Assembly: GCA_038065715.1 (NCBI GenBank)
Contig: JBBTQL010000004.1
Span: 35,693 to 99,692, forward strand
DNA: 64,000 nt
Direction: 5' to 3'
From: Patescibacteria group bacterium
GTDB taxonomy: Bacteria > Patescibacteriota > Minisyncoccia > Minisyncoccales > Staskawiczbacteraceae
A program made the position numbers and the translations under genes. Of this stretch, positions 18,440-25,739 are shown one piece after another (position 1 is the stretch's first letter; each line of letters opens with the position of its first letter). A model generated the notes under the pieces. The model saw only the letters and a list, made by a program, of their open reading frames with translations. It made no database searches and was not told where the DNA came from.

Positions 18440-18904
18440 CTACTTGTTGGTTTTAGCCGGCTCTTTTGGCGCTGGGAAAAGCTCCACAAACTTTTCCTTT
18501 GCCATTACTGGCACTTCTCTGATGCCCAGAGGCTGGGAAACCTTGGCGTAGAAAACTTTGCCCGAGCTGTCTTCAACAAGCAATAAGGTTTTCTTGTCTT
18601 TTGTCTGGCCCTCCCACATCACGTGGTAGATGTCCTCTTCTTTCGGGGTGGCATCAGAGGCAGTTGTTGGCGACTTTGCAGGAGGTGCTAATCCCTTTTG
18701 CACCAACAAAAACCCCGCAAAAGCGAACATGAAACAGAAAACAACAAACACTCCCAACAGCCATGGCCGTATTTCCCATTTGATGCCGTAGCTAAACGAC
18801 ATCAAAACGAAAAACCCAGCCACGATTATTACCGTCAGGCCAAAACAAATCTGAAGCACGTCCATTTTCAGACTCCCTATAGTAGGAACTTTTTGACGCA
18901 ACAT
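18440..18904 (-). CDS. membrane-anchored protein, GC-atypical (~48% GC), function unknown
   Basis: 154 aa; two N-terminal TM helices then soluble domain; strongly elevated GC versus neighbours. Confidence 0.5.
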   Translation of the reverse strand: MLRQKVPTIGSLKMDVLQICFGLTVIIVAGFFVLMSFSYGIKWEIRPWLLGVFVVFCFMFAFAGFLLVQKGLAPPAKSPTTASDATPKEEDIYHVMWEGQTKDKKTLLLVEDSSGKVFYAKVSQPLGIREVPVMAKEKFVELFPAPKEPAKTNK

Positions 18905-19034
18905 AGTGTCGCGTTCTTTATTTATAGTATCATATTATATAATGGTTGTCAACCCTTCACCTTTCCGTCAATACTTGTTCCTAAAAATATTCAAAATTAT
19001 AAGACTTCTATACGGCTTTTAAAAATTTGATTTC

Positions 19035-21083
19035 TTAAGGTGAAGGGTCAATAGCTGGTGGATTATTTATTAAATCTCTAATTTCTGCCGCTCTTTCAAA
19101 GTCTAAATTTTTAACGGCTATTTTCATTTCTTTTTCCAGTAATTTCCTGTCGTGTACTGCCCAAAATTCTTCTGAAACAACTTCTTTTTTTGAAAAACCC
19201 CAATCGCGTATGTCTTTTATTATTGCTTTTGGATTTATTTTATTTTTTTTATTGTAAGCTATTTGTATTTTTCTTCTTCTGTTTATTTCGTCAATGGCTG
19301 ACTGCATAGAAAAAGTAGTTTTGTCTGCATATAAAATAACGCGCCCCTGAAGGTGCCTTGCGGCCCTGCCCATTGTTTGTATTAAGGTTGTTTTATTTCT
19401 TAAAAAACCTTCTTTGTCAGCGTCTAAAATTGCAACCAATGAAACTTCGGGCAGATCAATCCCCTCTCTTAGAAGATTTATTCCAACTAAAACATCGTAT
19501 TTTCCCTCTCTTAAATCTTTTAAAATTTTAGGCCTTTCCATTGTTTTTATTTCAGAATGCAGATATTGGGTTTTGATTCCTCTTTCAATTAAATAATCAG
19601 AAATTTCTTCTGCCAATCTTTTTGTTAAAGTTACAACTAAAACCCTATGTTTTTTAGCAGTTTCTTTTTTAATTTCTTTTATTAAGTCTTTAATTTGATT
19701 CTCGGTTTTTTTGATTTCAATTGATGGTTCTAATAATCCGGTTGGCCTTATAAGCTGTTCAACAATATTTTTGCCTGATTTGTGTTTTTCATAATCGGCT
19801 GGAGTTGCTGAAACATAAATTGTCTGCCCGCCTGCAACGGCTATGCCGTAGGCATTGCGGGCAGGCTTTTGCCTTTTTTCAAATTCTGCAAAAGTTAAAG
19901 GCCTGTTATCAACTGCAGAGGGCAAACGAAATCCAAAATCAATTAAAGTTTCTTTTCTTATTTTATCTTGAACCGACATAGCGCGAATTTGCGGAATTGA
20001 AATATGCGACTCATCAATAAAAATTAACGACCCTTTAGGATTGAAGTAATTAAAATAATCAACCAAAGAAAATGGAGCTTCGCCATGTTTTCTAAATTCC
20101 AAATGCCTTGAATAGTTTTCTATTCCATGGCAAAAGCCAACCTCTTGCATCATCTCTACGTCATAATTTGTTCTTTGCCCTAATCTTTCTGCTTCCAGTA
20201 ATTTTTTTTGTTCATTTAATTTTTTTAGCTGTTCGTGCAATTCTAATTTTATATTTTCTATGGCTATATTTATTTTGTCTTTTGGAGCCACCCAAAAAGT
20301 TGCGGGGAATAGACATAAATTTGAAATTTGAAATTTGAAATTTGAAATTTCGATATTTTTATCGTTAGTTTTTTTTCTGTAAATTTTTTTTATAATATCA
20401 TTGCCAAATTCAATTCTAATAATTTCTTCGCCTGTTACTAAAAATATATCTATAATATCTCCCCTGACACGAAAAGTGGCTGGCTTAAAATCCCAGCCCG
20501 CATTGCTACGCGAAGCGTTGCTGGCGGGAATATCATTTCTTTTATATTGCAAAGCTATAAGATGTGAAATAAATTCTTTGCGTTTTATTTTTTGCCCGGG
20601 GTTTATATCCAAAGAAACATTTTGATAGTTTTCAGGCGAGCCAATATTATAAATGCACGACACAGAAGCCACTACAATTACATCTTTACGCGACAGAACA
20701 TCTTGAACTGCCGAATGCCTTAACCTGTCAATTTCTTCATTTATTTTTGCATCCTTTTCTATATATGTGTCTGATTGCGGGATATAGGCTTCGGGCTGGT
20801 AATAATCATAATAAGAAACAAAGTAATGCACGGCGTTGTTTGGAAAAAATTCTTTAAATTCCTGGTAGAGCTGGGCAGCTAAAGTTTTGTTTGGAGAAAT
20901 AACTAAAGTAGGTTTTTGGATTTTTTGTATAACATTAGCTAATGTGAAAGTTTTGCCCGAGCCAGTAACGCCTAAAAGCACCTGGTCTTTTACGCCATGT
21001 TTGAGATTATTAGTCAGTTCTCTTATTGCTCGTGGCTGATCTCCGGTAGCTGAGAATTTAGATTTTAATTTAAAGTTGGTCAT
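19035..21083 (-). CDS. uvrB: excinuclease ABC subunit B
   Basis: 682 aa; Walker A GVTGSGKTFT, helicase motifs, C-terminal UVR domain; contains (AAATTTG)5 heptamer array at 20317-20351 in frame. Confidence 0.95.
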   Translation of the reverse strand: MTNFKLKSKFSATGDQPRAIRELTNNLKHGVKDQVLLGVTGSGKTFTLANVIQKIQKPTLVISPNKTLAAQLYQEFKEFFPNNAVHYFVSYYDYYQPEAYIPQSDTYIEKDAKINEEIDRLRHSAVQDVLSRKDVIVVASVSCIYNIGSPENYQNVSLDINPGQKIKRKEFISHLIALQYKRNDIPASNASRSNAGWDFKPATFRVRGDIIDIFLVTGEEIIRIEFGNDIIKKIYRKKTNDKNIEISNFKFQISNLCLFPATFWVAPKDKINIAIENIKLELHEQLKKLNEQKKLLEAERLGQRTNYDVEMMQEVGFCHGIENYSRHLEFRKHGEAPFSLVDYFNYFNPKGSLIFIDESHISIPQIRAMSVQDKIRKETLIDFGFRLPSAVDNRPLTFAEFEKRQKPARNAYGIAVAGGQTIYVSATPADYEKHKSGKNIVEQLIRPTGLLEPSIEIKKTENQIKDLIKEIKKETAKKHRVLVVTLTKRLAEEISDYLIERGIKTQYLHSEIKTMERPKILKDLREGKYDVLVGINLLREGIDLPEVSLVAILDADKEGFLRNKTTLIQTMGRAARHLQGRVILYADKTTFSMQSAIDEINRRRKIQIAYNKKNKINPKAIIKDIRDWGFSKKEVVSEEFWAVHDRKLLEKEMKIAVKNLDFERAAEIRDLINNPPAIDPSP

Positions 21084-21181
21084 GTTTTTGGCTGGCCTTG
21101 CCCATCCGAAGCTTTAGCGGAGGAGGGTCGCCTGTTGGTTTAAATTTTGATTTTAATTTGAATTTCATATATTATTATTTA

Positions 21182-21787
21182 ATGATAGCATTTTTATCGG
21201 GTAAAATTTTATTAAAAAAGGACAAGTTTATCATTCTTGAAGCAGCTGGCGTTGGCTACAAAGTTTTTTTAAATCAGCAAACCCTATCCCGACTCGATCG
21301 AGGATCCTCGACGACTTCGTCGTCGGGATTAAAATTATCAGAAATAGGGCAGGATGTAAAGCTATTTTGCTTCCAAAATATAAAAGAAGATGCTTCGGAT
21401 TTATATGGGTTTTTAAGTTATGACGAGCTTGATTTTTTTGAGGTGCTAAACGATATTCATGGCGTAGGGCCAAAAGCTGCTTTGGAAATTTCTGTGTTAG
21501 GCCCCTTAGAAAAAATTAAGGACAGAATTTTAGCGCAGGACGAAAAAATATTTGAAGGAATTCCCGGAATTGGTTCAAAAAGGGCGTCGTCAATTATTTT
21601 AGAATTGACCGGAAAAATAATGGCGAAGTCCGCCTTTGCTAAAGCTTCGCCAGACGAAGCAGAAACCGCTTTAACCCAGCTTGGTTTTTCAAAACAGCAA
21701 GCAAAGGATGCCCTGGCTCGCGTGCCTGTTGCTGTTAAAAATTCTGAAGACAGAATAAAATTAGCGCTTAAAAATTTAGGAAAATAA
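21182..21787 (+). CDS. ruvA: Holliday junction branch migration protein RuvA
   Basis: MIAFLSGKILLKKDKFIILEAAGVGYKVF N-terminus, HhH GVGPKAALEI, C-terminal domain III; true start ATG 21182 (ORF-track start 21098 lies in GC-rich non-coding element); in-frame GC hairpin insert 21286-21329. Confidence 0.85.
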   Translation: MIAFLSGKILLKKDKFIILEAAGVGYKVFLNQQTLSRLDRGSSTTSSSGLKLSEIGQDVKLFCFQNIKEDASDLYGFLSYDELDFFEVLNDIHGVGPKAALEISVLGPLEKIKDRILAQDEKIFEGIPGIGSKRASSIILELTGKIMAKSAFAKASPDEAETALTQLGFSKQQAKDALARVPVAVKNSEDRIKLALKNLGK

Positions 21788-21791
21788 AAAT

Positions 21792-22097
21792 ATGAAAGAA
21801 ATTTATTTGTTATTAATAGGATTATTATTAGGCATAGTTTTAACATGGGTGTTTGAGTTGATTTTAAAAACTAATAAAAAATTGCGGGAGAAATATTATA
21901 GGCGCCATAAGCTTTTTTGGGGTTACCATATACACCACAGCACTTTTGGATTAGTGTTTATTGCGCTTAATGTGGTTTTATTTTTAATGGATAAAAAACC
22001 AACAGATTTAATTTATACAGCAATAGGCGTAGGAATTATTATTATGCACACTATTTCAGACGGCAGGTTTGTTTTTATAGAAAAACAAAGAAATTGA
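21792..22097 (+). CDS. small membrane protein, hypothetical
   Basis: 101 aa; three predicted TM helices. Confidence 0.45.
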   Translation: MKEIYLLLIGLLLGIVLTWVFELILKTNKKLREKYYRRHKLFWGYHIHHSTFGLVFIALNVVLFLMDKKPTDLIYTAIGVGIIIMHTISDGRFVFIEKQRN

Positions 22098-22304
22098 AAT
22101 TTGACTTATTTTTTTGTATTTGCTATATATAAATATATGAACTTCCGAACAGCGGAAAACATAATTATTCTTAGTATTATTAACCTCTCTTAGAGAAGGA
22201 GCATTTTGGGAAATTAAAAAATTAGAAAACCAAGAAATTAAAAATGCCTCTTCTCAAAAAGAGGTTTTTGTTTTTTAGGGCACGGAAAGCTCTAAAATCT
22301 TTTT

Positions 22305-22562
22305 TTGAAGTTCGTTGACAATCTATCGGGAAAGGAAAACACTATGTGTGATTTGAATGAGGCTCACGAAATAGCCAAGGTTGCATGGAAAAATTCTCCT
22401 ATGAAAAGTTCTTTGTCAAGAAAAAAATGCCCAAGATGTTTTGATAATTGGCAAAGAAATGGCTGCAAGGCAGAACAAAAGCCTCCCTATTTTCCTGCCG
22501 ATTATGAGGAAAATTGTCCTGTCTGTAAAAGCGAACTTTCTAGGCCAGGCATTCCTTTCTAA
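22305..22562 (+). CDS. small Cys-rich (zinc-ribbon-like) protein, hypothetical
   Basis: CPRC...CPVC pairs; probable real start ATG 22344 after GGAAAGGAAA RBS; followed by terminator. Confidence 0.4.
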   Translation: MKFVDNLSGKENTMCDLNEAHEIAKVAWKNSPMKSSLSRKKCPRCFDNWQRNGCKAEQKPPYFPADYEENCPVCKSELSRPGIPF

Positions 22563-22568
22563 AATTAA

Positions 22569-22600
22569 GCCCGCCGGCTTGTATATAGCCGGCTTTTTAT
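22569..22600 (+). terminator. rho-independent terminator
   Basis: GC-rich palindrome GCCCGCCGGC...GCCGGC followed by TTTTTATTTT. Confidence 0.55.
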
Positions 22601-22635
22601 TTTGCTTCATTCTTAAAAATAAATAAAAGCAAAAT

Positions 22636-22748
22636 AACCCCTCGCCAATTTTACCAATATAGCTTGAACTGCCATAAAGGCCGGCGTAGCCGATTCGCCT
22701 TTCTGTATAAATATATTTAAGAAAAGTCGTTGAAATTGGCGACGGGGT
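22636..22748. repeat. 16-bp inverted repeat enclosing GC-rich core upstream of Mur ligase
   Basis: AACCCCTCGCCAATTT vs AAATTGGCGACGGGGTT (1 indel) separated by ~80 bp containing GGCCGGCGTAGCCGATTCGCC. Confidence 0.4.
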
Positions 22749-22788
22749 TGCTACCATTATTTAAAACTTTGTGTTAGATTGGGTAAAT

Positions 22789-24039
22789 ATGAGGATAAAA
22801 GAAGCAGTTAAAAAAATATTAGGCAGAAATTTGTTGGGTTTTTATCATTATGGCATGGCTTTTTTGGGAGCTGTGATTTTTGGTTTTCCATCTAAAAATT
22901 TAACTGTTATAGGGGTTACAGGCACCAGCGGTAAATCAACTACTTCTGATTTTATCACAAGAATTTTAGAAGAACCCTTCGACGGGGCCCAGGGCAGGTC
23001 TGGCAATAAGGTGGCTTCAATTTCAACAATAAGATTTAAAATTGCAGAAAAAGAATGGGAAAATAAATATAAAATGACAATGCCCGGCCGTTTTGTTATT
23101 CAAAAGTTTTTAAGGCAGGCAAAAAAAGCAGGATGCAAATTTGTGGTTTTAGAAGTTACTTCGCAAGGCATTGAACAATATCGCCATAAATTTATAAATT
23201 TTGATACAGCTGTTTTTACTAATTTGTCGCCAGAGCATATTGAAAGCCATGGCAGTTTTGAAAATTACAGAAACGCAAAACTAAAACTATTTCGAGCAAC
23301 AAAAAACATCCATATTATAAATACTGATGACGCAAATTCAAAATATTTTTGGAATATTCCGGCAAAACAAAAAATTGGATTTTCAGCCAAAGATGCGCAA
23401 AACGCTAATTTAAAATTAAATTTAATTGGAGACTTTAATATTTTAAACGCCTTAGCGGCAATTTCTGCGGCAAAGGCATATGGCATTGATTTTAGCATTT
23501 GTAAAAGGGCGCTGGAAAAGGCCAAAGGAATTTCTGGCAGAATGGAAGTGATTCAAAAAGAGCCATTCAAAGTTATTGTTGACTATGCTCATACTCCAGA
23601 ACAACTCGAAAGTGTCTATAAGGCACTTTCTCAAAACCCAAAACCTCAAACTCCAAACCCCAAACTTATTTGTGTGCTTGGAAGTTGCGGCGGGGGAAGG
23701 GATAAATGGAAAAGGACTGTTTTAGGAGAAATTGCAAATAAATATTGCGACAAAATATTTATAACCAATGAAGATCCATATGATGAAAACCCCAACCAGA
23801 TTTTATCTGAAATAAAATCTGGAATTATCAATTCTCAATTTCCAATTTCCAATTTATATGAAATTTTAGACCGTAAAGAGGCAATTAAAACTGCAATAAA
23901 ATTAGCAAAATCAGATGATATTGTTATAATCACTGGCAAGGGTTCAGAATCCTGGATGTGCATAGCAAACGGTAAAAAAATCCCCTGGGACGACAGGCAA
24001 ATCGCTAAAGATGCGTTGGGGCTCCAAACCTTGACATAG
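22789..24039 (+). CDS. Mur ligase family protein (MurE/MurF-like UDP-N-acetylmuramoyl peptide ligase)
   Basis: P-loop GVTGTSGKSTT; Mur ligase middle and C-terminal domains; in-frame inserts at 22977-22994 (GC hairpin) and 23828-23855 (heptamer repeat). Confidence 0.75.
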   Translation: MRIKEAVKKILGRNLLGFYHYGMAFLGAVIFGFPSKNLTVIGVTGTSGKSTTSDFITRILEEPFDGAQGRSGNKVASISTIRFKIAEKEWENKYKMTMPGRFVIQKFLRQAKKAGCKFVVLEVTSQGIEQYRHKFINFDTAVFTNLSPEHIESHGSFENYRNAKLKLFRATKNIHIINTDDANSKYFWNIPAKQKIGFSAKDAQNANLKLNLIGDFNILNALAAISAAKAYGIDFSICKRALEKAKGISGRMEVIQKEPFKVIVDYAHTPEQLESVYKALSQNPKPQTPNPKLICVLGSCGGGRDKWKRTVLGEIANKYCDKIFITNEDPYDENPNQILSEIKSGIINSQFPISNLYEILDRKEAIKTAIKLAKSDDIVIITGKGSESWMCIANGKKIPWDDRQIAKDALGLQTLT

Positions 24040-24218
24040 ATGCTTTAATATGATATGATTAATAATATAGCTCTTTTTTATTGTTACTTGCGAAATTGGC
24101 AGTTATAGCCAAAAGCTACTGAATTATATCGGTATCTTCTGGCTATGACTGCTATGTCGGTACGTCAAGCAGAAACCAGCCTGTCATAATTGGCGGGCAA
24201 AACAGAAAGGAGATTGTC

Positions 24219-24878
24219 ATGGCTGTGCAAGTCATTGGCGATCTATATGTGGAGTTGGATGGGAAGTTGGCGGAGATTAAGCGGCAAATGAGGCAGCAGG
24301 GAGGCTATCCGTTTGACCCGGAGAAATTAAACAAGTTTCTCCAACTAGCTGTCGAGGGCAGGTTCAACGACAACCGGTGCTGGTGCGAGAAGGAAGGAGT
24401 GATCTACTTTGAGGTCACCTCTGACGGCACGACTGGACCCCAATGGATTGAGCGTCTGGAGAAGAAGGGTATCCAGCTCTCCAAGTGGGCCAAGGACGTC
24501 CTGCTGTCTCCGGACTTCAAGCCGACCAACGGCGTGACCACCGAGATCGCTGTCCTCAAGGGCGCGCTTTTTATGGACAATGATCGCATCACGTCTAAGA
24601 TCCGCGCTGAGGCCGACAAGCGCAAGCTCGTCAAGCCCGAAGCCGAACTCGGTTGCCTTATCCGCGACACGTTCACGGACGAGGAAATCGAAGCCATGGG
24701 TCTTGTGTGGATCGTGGCGTTCCACGAGCCCATCAAGGACTCTGACGGCGATCCGACGTTGCTCGGTGCGCGTCGCCTTGGCGATGGCCGTTGGCTGCGC
24801 GCGTGCTGCGGCCTGCCCGACCGCAGGTGGCTTCGCGACCGTGGCTTTGCCTTCGCCGTCTCGCAAGTATCTTCGTAA
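24219..24878 (+). CDS. DGR target protein (variable C-terminus, probable C-type lectin-like fold)
   Basis: 219 aa; ~60% GC in 33% GC genome; AAAGGAG RBS; C-terminal ...GARRLGDGRWLRACCGLPDRRWLRDRGFAFAVSQVSS encoded by VR. Confidence 0.7.
   Translation: MAVQVIGDLYVELDGKLAEIKRQMRQQGGYPFDPEKLNKFLQLAVEGRFNDNRCWCEKEGVIYFEVTSDGTTGPQWIERLEKKGIQLSKWAKDVLLSPDFKPTNGVTTEIAVLKGALFMDNDRITSKIRAEADKRKLVKPEAELGCLIRDTFTDEEIEAMGLVWIVAFHEPIKDSDGDPTLLGARRLGDGRWLRACCGLPDRRWLRDRGFAFAVSQVSS
24741..24866 (+). other. DGR variable region VR1
   Basis: 126 nt aligning 1:1 with TR1 25208-25333; 22 of 23 mismatches fall at TR adenines. Confidence 0.8.
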
Positions 24879-25207
24879 GTCCTTTGGGCTTGAGCCTTTG
24901 CTCTAGCCCTTGGATCCTCTGCCCTTTGCATTTCCTCACGGACTTGCACTGGGCAGATTTTTTTTGCTAAAATATAAATGGTAATAGGTGAATCTTGCGG
25001 GAGATCAAGGTTTCCCGCGGCCGAATCCAGTATTCGTATGCTGAGAGCGTTTGCGATTAAGGTTGCAAACGGAGGGCATACGAATTACTTTCAAAAAAGA
25101 AGATACTTGGCGTGGGAAACTAGGGCATTACGATGCCGAATTCGATACAGCCCTGTGATCGTAAAACTACTTCAAGGGGCAGTGGCATAGATGGTTTCTT
25201 GCGTATT

Positions 25208-25333
25208 TCTGACGGCGATCCGAACTTGCTCAGTGCGAATCGCAATGACGATGGCCATTGGCTGAACGCGTACTACGACAAGCCCGACAACAGGTGGAAT
25301 CGCGACAATGGCTTTGCCTTCGCCGTCTCGCAA
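25208..25333 (+). other. DGR template repeat TR1 (non-coding)
   Basis: Adenine-rich (AAC-rich) near-copy of VR1; followed by diverged IMH-like end; preceded by conserved CAAGGGGCAGTGGCATAGATGG element shared with DGR-2. Confidence 0.8.
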
Positions 25334-25339
25334 CTCTCT

Positions 25340-25699
25340 TCATTTCTCTCCTTGCTTAGGAGAGTTTTGTTTAATAATTTGTCCCGACCAACCACCGAGC
25401 ATTTTGCCAATTTCATCTAGTTTCAATGATAGAGCAATATATTTTTTGTTATCCAATGATTTTGTTTCCCAAAGAATCATTAAAAATATTTTTAACGTAT
25501 CGACCTTTCTAATTGCTAAACGTACATAGGACAATTTTTCTGATTGCCCAAGAAAACTTGCAGTCACTATTGCCTCTATTGCTTCAACAAAAAGTTTATC
25601 AATTTTTTCACCAAGAGAATATTTATGTATTTTTGGTATAATTAAATAGTGTTGGTACCAAAAAAGATAAGCTTCTTTCAACTTTTGCAAAACAGGCAA
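25340..25699 (-). CDS. Avd-like accessory variability determinant (four-helix-bundle family)
   Basis: ~120 aa from TTG 25699; paralog of 63274-63642; C-terminal ...KLDEIGKMLGGW motif; antisense to TR and RT. Confidence 0.55.
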   Translation of the reverse strand: MPVLQKLKEAYLFWYQHYLIIPKIHKYSLGEKIDKLFVEAIEAIVTASFLGQSEKLSYVRLAIRKVDTLKIFLMILWETKSLDNKKYIALSLKLDEIGKMLGGWSGQIIKQNSPKQGEK

Positions 25700-25739
25700 C
25701 AGTCTGGGGGGGGGGATTAAAAGCTGAGTTATTTTGATT

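Noticed and set aside
20317-20351. Possibility that the short tandem repeats represent a CRISPR array
   Set aside because: 7-nt units with no spacers; arrays are inside coding genes; no cas genes in window.
21098-21181. N-terminal extension of ruvA proposed by ORF track (start 21098)
   Set aside because: Extension lies in a GC-rich intergenic element and encodes non-conserved sequence; RuvA consensus N-terminus MIAFLSGKI begins at 21182.
24345-24949. Several long antisense and overlapping ORFs (24345-24866, 24404-24949, 24580-24906, 24733-24939) opposite the DGR-1 target gene
   Set aside because: Artefacts of the high-GC, stop-poor sequence of the target gene; the sense ORF has RBS and the VR.
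25133-25420. ORF-track ORFs covering TR1 (25133-25420) and TR2 (63131-63424, 63177-63395)
   Set aside because: These overlap the DGR template repeats, which are non-coding near-copies of the VRs; any reading frame is incidental.
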